64,000 nt of DNA, from positions 73,600 to 137,599 of the forward strand of contig JBGVKY010000026.1 in the NCBI GenBank assembly GCA_045123995.1, given 5' to 3'. The notes under the pieces are model-generated. The model searched no databases and was not told where the DNA came from. It worked only from the letters and a program-made list of their open reading frames with translations. Position numbers and translations under genes: made by a program. This DNA is from Clostridia bacterium. GTDB taxonomy: Bacteria; Bacillota; Clostridia; CAKSNL01; HGM11501. Of this stretch, positions 48,167 to 58,817 are shown piece after piece (position 1 is the first letter of the stretch; each line of letters starts with the position of its first letter).

Positions 48167-50356
48167 TTAAAGTTTAGTAAGTTTTGCATATACTGCCATG
48201 AGATTTTTCTCTCCGCAATCATCGAAAGCTATTTTAAGTCTCATATCGTTGCCCACTGCCTGAGCTTCAAGTATTGTTCCGTTACCGAATTTAGCATGAC
48301 TCACCCTATCCCCTTTTTCAAAATCAAATTTCACTAAAGGAGAAGCAGTCCTGGTCTTAAAGGATTTGAAATTAACAGTTTCAGCTCTCGTTTCTTTTTG
48401 GATGTAGGGATAGTCTTCAAAGGTCAATTTAGGAGTTATATCTTCCTTGCAAAAGTCTGGTATTTCTTTGATAAATATGGATGGTTTATGAAATTCTGTT
48501 TTTCCGAAAACTCTTCTCTGGTTAGCATGAGTGATAAAAAGTTCTTTTTTAGCTCTGGTAATAGCTACATATGCCAGTCTTCTTTCCTCTTCGATACCGT
48601 CTTCTTCATATTTTGAACGTTCGCTGGGAAAAAGACCATCTTCGCAACCTGCTATGAATACAACAGGAAATTCAAGACCTTTAGCCATATGTATGGTCAT
48701 TAAAGTAACCGAATCTTCTGCCTCATCATAGTTATCTATGTCTGAAACTAAAGATATGCTGTCTACATAGCTTCTTAAAGAAGAATCTTCTTCGCTTTCT
48801 TCAAAGCTCTTAGCTCCGCTTATAAGTTCTCCCAGATTATCCAATCTTGATTGAGACTCTATGTCGTTTACCATGGTCAAAGCATTGTAATAACCGGTCT
48901 TTTTAATAACTTTTTCAACAAATTCTCCCAAAGGTAAGCTTTCTGATTCCTGCCTTAAGTCCTCTATCATTGATGCATATTCAAGCATTTTCTCACCGCT
49001 TTTACCTATCTCAGAAGAATAGTTAACTATTGTTTCGTAAAGGCTTATCCCTTTTTCTAAAGCAAGGTCTTCAGCCTTATCCATAGAGGTCTTACCTATA
49101 CCCCTCTTAGGCTCATTTATGCTTCTTTTGAGGCTTATGTCATCGTCTGGGTTAACAATTACTCTTAAATAAGCTAAAATATCCTTTATTTCTTTTCTGT
49201 CATAAAATCTTACTCCTGATAAAAGTCTGTGAGGAATTCCGGCAAATCTGAAACGCTCTTCCAAAACTCTCGACTGATTGTTGGTTCTGAAAAGAACAAC
49301 CATATCTTTAAGGGCAAAATTTTTCTTAAGTTCATTTATTTTTCCTGCAATAAAATCGGCTTCGGAATATTCGTTGTCCGATCTATAAATTTTGATTAAA
49401 TCTCCTTTTCCCATATCAGTCCAGAGATTTTTTCCTTTACGACCGGTATTATGCTCTATAACTCCGTTTGCGGCATCTAATATATTTTGCGTAGACCGGT
49501 AATTTTGTTCGAGGCGGATAGTTAAAGCCTCGGGAAATTCCTTTTCAAAATCCAGAATGTTTCTTATGTCTGCTCCTCTGAACTTATAAATGCTCTGATC
49601 ATCATCGCCTACAACACAAATGTTTCTGTGTTCTCCGCAAAGGAGACTTATGAGCTGATACTGCGCATTATTTGTATCCTGATACTCATCAACTAAAATA
49701 TATCTGAATTTCCTTTTATAAAAACCAAGGACTTCAGGGTTTTCTTTAAAAAGTCTCACCGTGAGCATAATGAGGTCATCGAAATCCATGGCGTTATTAG
49801 AAAGGAGCATCTTTTGATATTCCGAATAAATTCTTCCGTAAATACTTCTTAAATAATCATTCCCGTAGGTATATAAAAACTCTTCAGGAGTAATCATTTT
49901 ATTTTTAGCATCAGAAATAACAGAAGCACAATTCTTGACAGGAATTTTATCCGAATCGATATTGAGGCGTTTCATACATTCTTTCACTACATTTTTCTGG
50001 TCGGAATCGTCATATATAGTAAAACCGGATTTGTAGCCAAGGTATTCTGAATTGCTCCTTAATATAGCAAGGCAGGTGCTATGGAAGGTTTTTATCCACA
50101 TTGAATCAGCATAGTCTCCGCAAAGAGTGGTAAGTCTTTCCTTCATTTCTGCCGCGGCTTTGTTTGTAAAGGTAATGGCCAGAATGCTATACGGAGACAC
50201 ATTTTTTTCAGATAACAGATATGCAATTCTATGGGTAAGGACTCTTGTTTTGCCGCTTCCTGCTCCTGCCAATATTAAAATTGGTCCGTCAGGGGATGTT
50301 ACGGCTTTTAACTGTTCTGGGTTTAAGCCTTCTAAAAGTTGGCTCATCTTATTCAT
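48167..50356 (-). CDS. pcrA: ATP-dependent DNA helicase PcrA (UvrD family)
   Basis: GAGSGKT Walker A and UvrD helicase motifs. About 729 aa. Confidence 0.9.
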   Translation of the reverse strand: MNKMSQLLEGLNPEQLKAVTSPDGPILILAGAGSGKTRVLTHRIAYLLSEKNVSPYSILAITFTNKAAAEMKERLTTLCGDYADSMWIKTFHSTCLAILRSNSEYLGYKSGFTIYDDSDQKNVVKECMKRLNIDSDKIPVKNCASVISDAKNKMITPEEFLYTYGNDYLRSIYGRIYSEYQKMLLSNNAMDFDDLIMLTVRLFKENPEVLGFYKRKFRYILVDEYQDTNNAQYQLISLLCGEHRNICVVGDDDQSIYKFRGADIRNILDFEKEFPEALTIRLEQNYRSTQNILDAANGVIEHNTGRKGKNLWTDMGKGDLIKIYRSDNEYSEADFIAGKINELKKNFALKDMVVLFRTNNQSRVLEERFRFAGIPHRLLSGVRFYDRKEIKDILAYLRVIVNPDDDISLKRSINEPKRGIGKTSMDKAEDLALEKGISLYETIVNYSSEIGKSGEKMLEYASMIEDLRQESESLPLGEFVEKVIKKTGYYNALTMVNDIESQSRLDNLGELISGAKSFEESEEDSSLRSYVDSISLVSDIDNYDEAEDSVTLMTIHMAKGLEFPVVFIAGCEDGLFPSERSKYEEDGIEEERRLAYVAITRAKKELFITHANQRRVFGKTEFHKPSIFIKEIPDFCKEDITPKLTFEDYPYIQKETRAETVNFKSFKTRTASPLVKFDFEKGDRVSHAKFGNGTILEAQAVGNDMRLKIAFDDCGEKNLMAVYAKLTKL

Positions 50357-50379
50357 TCCTTTCAGTCTGTTCAGTAAAA

Positions 50380-50412
50380 TACAGGGCTAAGCCAAGCTTT
50401 AGCCCTGTAATA
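50380..50412 (-). terminator. Terminator downstream of transketolase
   Basis: ACAGGGCTAAAGCTTGGCTTAGCCCTGT followed by ATTTT on the minus strand. Confidence 0.6.
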
Positions 50413-50418
50413 AAGCCC

Positions 50419-51354
50419 TTATTTGTTGTCTATAGCATCTTTCGCTGCGTTTTTGATATCTTCTGATGTCATTCCGTAAACCTTCAAAAGTTCTGCGGGC
50501 TTACCGCTTCTTCCGAATATATCCTTTACGCCGATTTTTCTTAAAATCGCAGGGGATTTTTCCGAAAGCACATCCGCAACCGCTGTTCCGAGACCGCCTA
50601 TAACGCTGTGGTCTTCTACAGTCACAATTGCACCGGTTTCCTTTGCCGCTTTAACTATAATTTCTTCATCAATAGGTTTAATTGAAGCCATATTGATGAC
50701 TCTTGCGTTGATACCTTCTTCCTTGAGCATTTCAGCAGCTTCAAGGGATGCTTTTGCCATAAGTCCGGTGGTAATTATAGTAACATCTCCACCCTCTTTG
50801 ATAACCTGAGCTTTTCCTATTTCAAACTTAAAGTTTTCAGCATCGAAAATATCTTCAGATGCAAGTCGGCAGAATCTTAAATATACAGGACCGTTATGGT
50901 TGATTGCGAATTCGACTGCTGCTCTCGCCTCAACTGAATCAGCAGGATTTATTACAACCATACCGGGAATGGAGCGCATGAGAGCCATATCCTCGAGACA
51001 CTGATGAGTCGCTCCGTCTTCCCCGACTGTAATACCTGCATGGGTTGCTCCTATTTTTACATTGAGGTGAGGATATCCTACGGAGTTTCTTATCTGCTCA
51101 AAAGCTCTTCCTGCCGCAAACATAGCGAAGGAACTTGCAAAAACTGTTTTACCTGTCGCTGCAATGCCCGATGCAACACCGATCATATTTGCTTCCGCAA
51201 TACCGGTATCGAAGAAACGGTCAGGATATGCTTTTTTGAAAATTCCGGTTTTTGTTGCTTCTGCAAGGTCAGCATCCAAAACCACAAAGTCGTATTTATC
51301 GGCGAATTCCTTAAGAGCCTCGCCGTAAGCTTCTCTTGTTGCCTTTTTAGCCAT
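50419..51354 (-). CDS. Transketolase, C-terminal subunit
   Basis: Pyrimidine-binding and C-terminal domains. Split-tkt arrangement. Confidence 0.85.
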   Translation of the reverse strand: MAKKATREAYGEALKEFADKYDFVVLDADLAEATKTGIFKKAYPDRFFDTGIAEANMIGVASGIAATGKTVFASSFAMFAAGRAFEQIRNSVGYPHLNVKIGATHAGITVGEDGATHQCLEDMALMRSIPGMVVINPADSVEARAAVEFAINHNGPVYLRFCRLASEDIFDAENFKFEIGKAQVIKEGGDVTIITTGLMAKASLEAAEMLKEEGINARVINMASIKPIDEEIIVKAAKETGAIVTVEDHSVIGGLGTAVADVLSEKSPAILRKIGVKDIFGRSGKPAELLKVYGMTSEDIKNAAKDAIDNK

Positions 51355-51371
51355 AATCCTTTCCCCTCCTC

Positions 51372-52202
51372 TTAGTTAAGCTTCGCAAGATATGTATCAA
51401 GCTCTTTTATTGCAATGTTGTACTGTTCTTCATTCGGGGCTTTTCCGTGCCATTCAACGGCATTTTCCATATACGAAACACCCTTGCCCTTTACAGTGTT
51501 CATAATTACCGCTGTAGGTTTGTTCTTGGTTTCTTTAGCTGCTTTAAGGGAAGCTCTTATTTCATCATAATTATGACCGTCTATTGTAATTACATTCCAG
51601 CCGAAAGCCTCGTATTTCTTGTCAATAGGAGCAGAGTTCATTACATCCTTTGTTGCACCGTCAATTTGAAGCCCGTTTACGTCTACGAAAATACAAAGGT
51701 TATCCAGCTTGTAGTGACTTGCATACATCGCTGCTTCCCAGACCTGCCCTTCTTCTATTTCGCCGTCACCCAGTACTGCATATACTCTGTAATCTTTTTT
51801 GTATATCTTTCCGGAGAGAGCCATACCGCAAGCGGCAGAAACACCCATACCCAAAGAACCGGTGGACATATCAACACCGGGAACATTTTTCATATCAGGA
51901 TGTCCCTGAAGGTAGCTGTCTGTATGACGGAAAGTTTTTAAATCTTCCTTGTCGAAAAATCCTCTTTCAGCCAAAGCACCGTAAAGAGCAGGACTGCAAT
52001 GTCCTTTTGAAAGAACGAATCTGTCCCTGTCCTCCTTTTTGGGATTCTTGGGGTCAATATTCATTTCCTCGAAATAAAGAACCGCCATAAGGTCAGCTAT
52101 GGAAAGTGAGCCTCCGGGATGTCCGGCTGCTGCGTGATATACTGCCGTTACAGCGTTTTTTCGAATGTTATATGCTACTTTTTCTAACTCTTTGTTCTGC
52201 AA
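51372..52202 (-). CDS. Transketolase, N-terminal (TPP-binding) subunit
   Basis: GHPGGSLS, GDGE and GSLGMG motifs. TTG start after AAGGAG. Confidence 0.85.
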   Translation of the reverse strand: MQNKELEKVAYNIRKNAVTAVYHAAAGHPGGSLSIADLMAVLYFEEMNIDPKNPKKEDRDRFVLSKGHCSPALYGALAERGFFDKEDLKTFRHTDSYLQGHPDMKNVPGVDMSTGSLGMGVSAACGMALSGKIYKKDYRVYAVLGDGEIEEGQVWEAAMYASHYKLDNLCIFVDVNGLQIDGATKDVMNSAPIDKKYEAFGWNVITIDGHNYDEIRASLKAAKETKNKPTAVIMNTVKGKGVSYMENAVEWHGKAPNEEQYNIAIKELDTYLAKLN

Positions 52203-52243
52203 TTCGATTCGCTCCTTTTTATGTAAAGTAAAATTCTTTTAAA

Positions 52244-52272
52244 TTATAGCATAAATTAGCCTGAATTTCAAG
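52244..52272 (-). promoter_or_regulatory. Sigma-A promoter (TTGAAA-N17-TATAAT on the minus strand) for transketolase
   Basis: Read from sequence. Confidence 0.5.
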
Positions 52273-52292
52273 GCTTTTATAGATAAAATACC

Positions 52293-52970
52293 TTAAATAA
52301 TTCCAAAAAGAATAAAACCTATTGTGTTAATGGCAAAGTTTGCAAACATGTGTACCAGATATGAAGAAAAAAGGGTTTTTGTTTTTTCGTTAAGGTATGA
52401 AAAAATGATTCCGCCAATAAACAGTCCAGTAAGCAAAAGTATAAATACCCAAACTGAAAACCAACCTATCATCATAGCTATGTGATAGACGGAAAAAATC
52501 AAACTGTTGAATATGTACGAAAACTTCTTCCCTTTACTTTTTTTAAGCTGGGAAAACGTAAATCCTCTGAAAAAGAACTCTTCCAGTAAAGAATTGATAA
52601 AAGAAATATATATGGATACAAAAATAAAGTTTTCTTTGTTTACGCCGATGTTTTTAGAGAGAGTTCCTGCAACATTGGAAAAATCAAATACATCTCTAAG
52701 CAGAAAATAGCCTGTAATTATTACAAGATATACCGAAACGCCAAGAAGTAATGAAATTGCAAACCCTTTTTTTGAGAAATTGAGAATTTCTTTTAAAGAG
52801 ATTGTCCTATCAATAAAAATGAAAATTAACGGTATTATCAAAAAAAGAACTGTTTTTATAAGTGATTTTATAAAATAAGGGGGCATAAAAACACCGTCAA
52901 CAAGTGCCATTATAAAGCAGGCAAAAGTTATAAATATACATAAATAAAGCGATCGTTTTTCTTTAATCAA
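52293..52970 (-). CDS. CPBP-family intramembrane metalloprotease (CAAX protease / Abi-like)
   Basis: EEFFFRG and FSVYH motifs in a multi-TM protein. Confidence 0.75.
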   Translation of the reverse strand: MIKEKRSLYLCIFITFACFIMALVDGVFMPPYFIKSLIKTVLFLIIPLIFIFIDRTISLKEILNFSKKGFAISLLLGVSVYLVIITGYFLLRDVFDFSNVAGTLSKNIGVNKENFIFVSIYISFINSLLEEFFFRGFTFSQLKKSKGKKFSYIFNSLIFSVYHIAMMIGWFSVWVFILLLTGLFIGGIIFSYLNEKTKTLFSSYLVHMFANFAINTIGFILFGII

Positions 52971-53013
52971 CCCTATCCCCTCCTTCTTAATACAGAAATC
53001 ATTATAATATAAA

Positions 53014-53040
53014 ATGAATTTTTTTGCAATATAAAAACGT
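53014..53040. terminator. Bidirectional-type terminator after rsmA
   Basis: AAAAACGTAGCC-TTTG-GCTACGTTTTT. Confidence 0.8.
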
Positions 53041-53060
53041 AGCCTTTGGCTACGTTTTTA

Positions 53061-53921
53061 TTACCCATTCTTTTTTGATTCGGAAAATCTTAATGCTAAT
53101 TGAGAAAACTCCTGCATCGAAAGGGTTTCACCTCTTAAATTTGAGTCGTAACCCGCTTTTTCGAGAATTGCTCTGATTTCTTCCTTGCTTCCGTAGTTAT
53201 TGGAATTAGAAAGAGCATTCAGCATTGTTTTCCTTCTTTGTGCAAAGGATGCTTTGACTAACCTAAAATAGTCTTTTTCAGGTGTCTCTATAGGCGGAGA
53301 ATCAAGCAAAGTCAATTTAACTACTGCCGAATCTACTTTAGGCGCAGGAATAAAGCTTTCCTTTGGCACAAGGGCTATGATTTCGGCGTCTGCATAGTAA
53401 GAAATAGCTAAAGTAAGAGCGCCGTAATCCTTTGTCCCTGCCTTAGCCACAATTCTGTCCGCTACTTCCTTCTGAACCATGACCACTATGTTTCTGAAAG
53501 GTAGTTTTTCTTCCAGGAGCTTCATCAAGATAGGACTCGTAAGATAGTAAGGCAAGTTAGCCGCTACGCTTACATTCATTCCCTGAAATTCCTCTTCAAG
53601 AAGCTTTTTAAGGTCGGTTTTCATTACGTCAGAAAAAAGAACTTTAATATTGTCAAAGCCAACCAAAGTGGATTTTAAGACCGGTTCCAGTGTCTTATCA
53701 ATTTCTAAAGAAATTACTTTCTTTGCACACGTACCTAAAACTGCAGTAAGAGTTCCGAAACCAGGGCCTATTTCAAGGATACCGTCAGCATCTGCCGCGT
53801 CTGCTATTTTTTTAAGTATACTTGCATCTGTAAGGAAGTTCTGGCCAAAGCCTTTTTTGAAGCTGAAACCAAACTCGTCACACAGATGCTTTATCACTGT
53901 AGGATTAGTTAAATCGTACAT
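53061..53921 (-). CDS. rsmA: 16S rRNA (adenine1518/1519-N6)-dimethyltransferase
   Basis: GQNFL and LEIGPGFGTLT motifs. Confidence 0.9.
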   Translation of the reverse strand: MYDLTNPTVIKHLCDEFGFSFKKGFGQNFLTDASILKKIADAADADGILEIGPGFGTLTAVLGTCAKKVISLEIDKTLEPVLKSTLVGFDNIKVLFSDVMKTDLKKLLEEEFQGMNVSVAANLPYYLTSPILMKLLEEKLPFRNIVVMVQKEVADRIVAKAGTKDYGALTLAISYYADAEIIALVPKESFIPAPKVDSAVVKLTLLDSPPIETPEKDYFRLVKASFAQRRKTMLNALSNSNNYGSKEEIRAILEKAGYDSNLRGETLSMQEFSQLALRFSESKKNG

Positions 53922-53924
53922 GGC

Positions 53925-55319
53925 TTAAACTGGATATGCGCTGTTTTCAGCGTCTACAAGATTTGAGTCCACCTTGTATTTACGGGCCTGTCTTTCCTTG
54001 AAGTATTTAACGGCAACCTGACCGAAAAGTGCATAGGAAAGAACATCTTCTTCCTGCTCCATATACTCTGCCATTTCTGCTCTGTATTTATCAAGCTCGG
54101 CAGGAATCTTATCTGCAGGTCTACAGGTTATGGTTTTTTCGTCGCCGATTATCTTCTTCCTTATTTCATCGGAAATCGGAACGGGAGTTCTGCCGTATTC
54201 CCCTCTTACAATGCCCTTTGTTTCGTTGGAAATCATTTTATATCTTTCGCCGCAGATTACGTTCAAAACAGCCTGAGTACCTACAATCTGGCTTGTAGGG
54301 GTAACGAGAGGAGGAAATCCTAAATCTTCACGAACCTTGGGAACTTCCATGAGAACTTCTTCAAGCTTGTCTTCTTTTCCTTGCTGTTTAAGCTGAGAAA
54401 CAAGGTTTGAAAGCATACCCCCGGGAACCTGATAGAGAAGTGTGTTTACGTCAACAGATAAAAGTTTGGGATCAAGCAATCCGCTCTTTATATATTCTGC
54501 TCTTAATGACTTGAAATAGTCGGCTATTTCGGTAAGGACCTCAAGCTTTAAGCCTGTATCGTAAGGCGTTCCTTTAAGTGTTTCTACCAAAGGCTCCGTG
54601 GGAGGCTGGCTTGTTCCCATTGCCATGGGAGAAAGAGCAGTATCTACTATATCACAACCTGCTTCAATGGCCTTTAAATAGGTCATGGAAGCAACACCGC
54701 TGGTATAGTGAGTGTGAAGCTCAATGGGAATTTTAACATTCTGCTTCAAAGCTTTTACTAAATCTGCTGCAGCATAGGGAACCAAGAGCCCTGCCATATC
54801 TTTTATGCAAATACTGTCAGCGCCCATTTCTTCAAGTTCCTTAGCCAGTTTTACGAAGCTGTCATGTGTGTGAGGACCGCCGATTGTATAAGAAAGTGCT
54901 GCCTGAACATGGCCTTTTTCCTTTTTTGTTGCTTCAATTGCTGTTCTTAAATTTCTTGTATCATTCAATGCATCGAAAATTCTTATTATATCTATACCAT
55001 TAGCAATGGATTTTTGCACAAAATATTCAACAACATCATCCCCGTAATGCTTATAGCCAAGTATATTCTGACCTCTGAAAAGCATCTGGAGTTTTGTATT
55101 TTTCACTTTATCTCTTATTTTTCTTAATCTTTCCCAGGGGTCTTCATTAAGGAATCTTAAGCATGAATCAAATGTAGCTCCTCCCCATGCTTCCAAAGCG
55201 TGATAACCCGCTTTGTCAAGCATTTCAAGAGCCGGGAGCATTTGTTCTGTTGTCATTCTTGTTGCAATCAGTGACTGATGCGCATCACGAAGAACGGTTT
55301 CTGTAATTTTAACACCCAT
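53925..55319 (-). CDS. Pyruvate/oxaloacetate carboxyltransferase domain protein (OadA/5S-like, no biotinyl domain)
   Basis: TIM-barrel carboxyltransferase start MGVKITETVLRDAHQSL. The C-terminus lacks an AMKM motif. Confidence 0.8.
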   Translation of the reverse strand: MGVKITETVLRDAHQSLIATRMTTEQMLPALEMLDKAGYHALEAWGGATFDSCLRFLNEDPWERLRKIRDKVKNTKLQMLFRGQNILGYKHYGDDVVEYFVQKSIANGIDIIRIFDALNDTRNLRTAIEATKKEKGHVQAALSYTIGGPHTHDSFVKLAKELEEMGADSICIKDMAGLLVPYAAADLVKALKQNVKIPIELHTHYTSGVASMTYLKAIEAGCDIVDTALSPMAMGTSQPPTEPLVETLKGTPYDTGLKLEVLTEIADYFKSLRAEYIKSGLLDPKLLSVDVNTLLYQVPGGMLSNLVSQLKQQGKEDKLEEVLMEVPKVREDLGFPPLVTPTSQIVGTQAVLNVICGERYKMISNETKGIVRGEYGRTPVPISDEIRKKIIGDEKTITCRPADKIPAELDKYRAEMAEYMEQEEDVLSYALFGQVAVKYFKERQARKYKVDSNLVDAENSAYPV

Positions 55320-55343
55320 TTAATTATCTCCTATCTAAATGAA

Positions 55344-56552
55344 TTAAGAATAAATTGCCAGGAAAACACCGGCCGCAACTGCAGAGCCGATTACGCCCGC
55401 AACATTAGGCCCCATGGCATGCATCAAAAGGAAGTTTGATGGATTTTCCTCCTGTCCTACCTTCTGGCTCATTCTTGCAGCCATAGGAACGGCAGAAACG
55501 CCTGCTGAACCGATTAAAGGATTAATCTTACCACCGGAAAATTTATACATAAGTTTACCGAATAATACTCCGCCTGCAGTGCTTATGGAAAATGCCACAA
55601 GACCGAGTGCTATGATTTTAATAGTATCCCAGGTAAGGAATGTATCTGCGGTAGCTGTTGCACCCACAGTAACGCCCAAGAATATTGTAACTATATTCAT
55701 AAGCTCGTTCTGTGCGGTTTTTGTAAGTCTTTCTGTTACTCCGCATTCCTTGAAAAGATTCCCCAGCATAAGCATACCTACAAGAGGCACTGCATCAGGA
55801 ACAATGAGTCCAACCACGATAGTAACTGTAATCGGGAAAATTATCTTTTCCTTTTTTGATACTGGGCGAAGCTGCCCCATGACAACGCTTCTCTCCTTTT
55901 TGGTTGTGAGAGCTTTCATTATAGGGGGCTGAATCATAGGAATCAACGCCATATAAGAGTATGCTGCCACAGCTATAGCTGAAAGCAATTCAGGCGCCAG
56001 AGTCTTTGTTACATAAATTGCCGTGGGTCCGTCGGCGCCACCGATTATCCCGATAGCTGATGCCTGTTTTTCCGTGAATCCTATAAGATTTGCACCGAGA
56101 TATGTTATGAAAACACCAAGCTGTGCTGCTGCACCAAGCAATATGCTCTTGGGATTTGCTATTAAAGGGCCAAAGTCCGTCATGGCACCGATTCCGAGGA
56201 AAATCAAAGGAGGATATATACCAAGTTTAACACCTAAGTAAAGAAGGTCTAAAAGTCCCCCCTCTTTTGCGATTTTAGCGAAATCTATACCTTTTTCAAC
56301 CGCTTCGGCTCCGGTGAAATAATCGGCGTGAAAAACGCCGGCTCCTGGCAGATTTGCAAGAAGCATACCAAAAGCAATCGGAAGCAAAAGCAAAGGTTCA
56401 TACTGCTTTACGATTGCAAGATAGAAAAGGACACAGGCAATTGCTACCATCACAAGGTTTAACGGGTTTCCGTTTTCACCAAACAATATAGAAACACCTG
56501 TTTTATCGAGGAAGTTTAACATACCTTCCCCTAATATATTTAAGAAATTCAA
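55344..56552 (-). CDS. Na+-transporting decarboxylase beta subunit (OadB/GcdB family)
   Basis: Multi-TM protein at characteristic OadB length with Gly-rich helices. Confidence 0.8.
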   Translation of the reverse strand: MNFLNILGEGMLNFLDKTGVSILFGENGNPLNLVMVAIACVLFYLAIVKQYEPLLLLPIAFGMLLANLPGAGVFHADYFTGAEAVEKGIDFAKIAKEGGLLDLLYLGVKLGIYPPLIFLGIGAMTDFGPLIANPKSILLGAAAQLGVFITYLGANLIGFTEKQASAIGIIGGADGPTAIYVTKTLAPELLSAIAVAAYSYMALIPMIQPPIMKALTTKKERSVVMGQLRPVSKKEKIIFPITVTIVVGLIVPDAVPLVGMLMLGNLFKECGVTERLTKTAQNELMNIVTIFLGVTVGATATADTFLTWDTIKIIALGLVAFSISTAGGVLFGKLMYKFSGGKINPLIGSAGVSAVPMAARMSQKVGQEENPSNFLLMHAMGPNVAGVIGSAVAAGVFLAIYS

Positions 56553-56566
56553 TGTGTTTCCCTCCC

Positions 56567-56962
56567 TTAGTTAAGGGTTACCAATACGTCGCCTGTATTA
56601 ACTGACTGACCCTGATTTACTGCAACAGATGCTACAACACCGTCAGCTTCAGCCATAATCTCATTTTCCATCTTCATGGCTTCAAGTATAACTAAAACCT
56701 GTCCCTTTGTAACAGAATCTCCTGCTTTCACCTTTACAGCATTGATAGTTCCGGGCATCGGAGCATTAACTGTTACGTTGCCTGATACCTGAGGAGCCTT
56801 CTGGCTCTGAGGAGCAGCCTGTACCGGAGCAGGAGTTGCCTGAGGAGGTGCCTGAACCACCGGAGCCACGGGCATTGCTGCCTGAGAAACGCCAAGTTCT
56901 TCTACTTCTACTTCATATGCTTTTCCGTTTACTTTTATATTGAATTTTCTCATTATAAACAC
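56567..56962 (-). CDS. Biotin carboxyl carrier protein (biotinyl domain)
   Basis: EAMKMENEI biotinylation motif with an Ala/Pro-rich linker. Confidence 0.85.
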   Translation of the reverse strand: MFIMRKFNIKVNGKAYEVEVEELGVSQAAMPVAPVVQAPPQATPAPVQAAPQSQKAPQVSGNVTVNAPMPGTINAVKVKAGDSVTKGQVLVILEAMKMENEIMAEADGVVASVAVNQGQSVNTGDVLVTLN

Positions 56963-56979
56963 CCTTTTTCTTTAATATT

Positions 56980-57288
56980 TTAGTTTTTGGTTTTGAGTCT
57001 TCTGTATGAACGAATACGAAGATTGCTTACCGATGTGTTGAGTGAAGAAGCTAATGCGGCAGCAAGAACCGCTATAAGTTCCTCTTCGTCAGTGTTATTT
57101 GAAATTGTTTTTGGGGTTGTTTCCGGAGCCTTTACTTCTGATTTATTAGTTTTCACCTCGTTATTTTCAGAAGGTGCAAATACCTTCATAAAGGTAAGAA
57201 CAAGCATCAATATAATTAAGACCGAGAAAATAACTAATACGCCGAGTAAAGTTATGGATAAAACCGGTATAAGGTTATCACCTGACAT
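56980..57288 (-). CDS. Decarboxylase small membrane subunit (OadG-like)
   Basis: Single N-terminal TM helix, about 100 aa. Position within the decarboxylase operon. Confidence 0.6.
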   Translation of the reverse strand: MSGDNLIPVLSITLLGVLVIFSVLIILMLVLTFMKVFAPSENNEVKTNKSEVKAPETTPKTISNNTDEEELIAVLAAALASSLNTSVSNLRIRSYRRLKTKN

Positions 57289-57301
57289 TTATAATACCTC
57301 C

Positions 57302-58747
57302 TTAAAAACAGAATTTCCCGTGTTTTTTAAGAGGAATATCTTCTCTTTTGTCATAGAGCATCTCTAAAGCTGCTGCTACCAAGGGACGGGTTTCGGCAGG
57401 GTTTATGACATCGTCTATAAATCCTAATTGTGCCGCAGAGAATGCACTTGCTGCATGGTTGCAATAATCTCTCTTTGCTTCATCCTTGGTCATTCCGTCT
57501 TTAATTTTATCTTCGTAAAGAAGTACCGTTGCCATATCCGGAGAAAATACTCCAATTGTGGCATCAGCCCAAGCTATAACCTGATCAGCACCTACAGCTC
57601 TTGAACCCATTGCTATTCCGGCGCTTGTGCAGGCTTTAGAGCAAATAACAGTTACCTTAGGTACTGTTGCGTTGCTATATGCATATACAAGCTTGGAAAC
57701 ATATTTGGAAAGTCCGTTTTTCTCTTCTTCGTAAGAAGCCTTATAACCCTCTGTGTCGCTGAAAGTCAATACGGGAATGTTGAAGCTGTCTGCAAAGCTT
57801 ATAAATCCGGCAGCCTTTTCAGAAGCCTTAATATCTATCTCCCCGTTATTTGCAACTACTGCAACAGTTCTTCCGTTGATACGTATAAATCCTGTTAATA
57901 TATTTTCTGCGTAAAAAGGAGAAATCTCAAAAAATTCAAAGTTGTCAGCCACTTGCTTTATAACATCTGCCATATGAAATCCGGGGGCCTGCAACTGCTC
58001 TGAAACTCTGTTTAAATCATCTTTGCATTCTGTTTCGGGAGAAAGCTCTTCTGCATTTCCAGGAAGTAAAGCAATGAGCTCTCGTATCTTTAATACTGCT
58101 TCGGTGTCATTTTCTGCTAAAACATGAGCATTTCCGTTTTCTTTTGCATTTACTTCTCCTCCGGCCATATCCTCAGATGTTATGATTTTGCCGTCTTCTC
58201 CGCATACAGAAGCCCCGTTTAACATAAGCGCACTCTTTTTGGTCATAACTAAAAAATCAGACATTAAAGGAGTGAAAGATGCACCGCCCGCACAGATTCC
58301 AAAAATTGCTGAAATCTGCAAAATGGAACCGGAAGCTTTAGCCGCTTTGCAACTTAATTCACCTAAAGCTGCCAGAGCATCAAGACCTTCGTCAAATCTT
58401 ATGCCTTTAGAATCAAGCATTGATACCAAAGGAGCTCCTGCCTTAAGTGCCATATTTGTTATTTTAGAAATCTTTTTTGCCTGCTCTACACCAAATGCGC
58501 CGCCTTCCGCGTTACCATCCTGAGCATAAACAAAAACCAACCTTGAGTCAACTGTTCCGTAGCCTGTTATAACTCCTTCCTGAGTTAAACCGTCTTTTCT
58601 GCCTGAAAACATATCTGTTTCAATAAAGCTCCCCTCATCAAAGAGAAGGTTTATTCTGTCCCTAGCAGACATGCTTCCGTTTTCGGATTCGTTGGCTTTT
58701 GAAATAATAGTATTTTTACGATTCAAAAGTTCCTGAAGCTTGTCCAA
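57302..58747 (-). CDS. Acyl-CoA carboxyltransferase (methylmalonyl-CoA decarboxylase alpha / propionyl-CoA carboxylase beta-like, 12S-type)
   Basis: Two crotonase-like CT halves. TTG start after AGGGGGT. Confidence 0.8.
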   Translation of the reverse strand: MDKLQELLNRKNTIISKANESENGSMSARDRINLLFDEGSFIETDMFSGRKDGLTQEGVITGYGTVDSRLVFVYAQDGNAEGGAFGVEQAKKISKITNMALKAGAPLVSMLDSKGIRFDEGLDALAALGELSCKAAKASGSILQISAIFGICAGGASFTPLMSDFLVMTKKSALMLNGASVCGEDGKIITSEDMAGGEVNAKENGNAHVLAENDTEAVLKIRELIALLPGNAEELSPETECKDDLNRVSEQLQAPGFHMADVIKQVADNFEFFEISPFYAENILTGFIRINGRTVAVVANNGEIDIKASEKAAGFISFADSFNIPVLTFSDTEGYKASYEEEKNGLSKYVSKLVYAYSNATVPKVTVICSKACTSAGIAMGSRAVGADQVIAWADATIGVFSPDMATVLLYEDKIKDGMTKDEAKRDYCNHAASAFSAAQLGFIDDVINPAETRPLVAAALEMLYDKREDIPLKKHGKFCF

Positions 58748-58817
58748 AAAAATACCCCCTATTATATTAAATTTATAAATTATTTATTATTTAATCCCGC
58801 AAAAGCGGAAAAATAAT

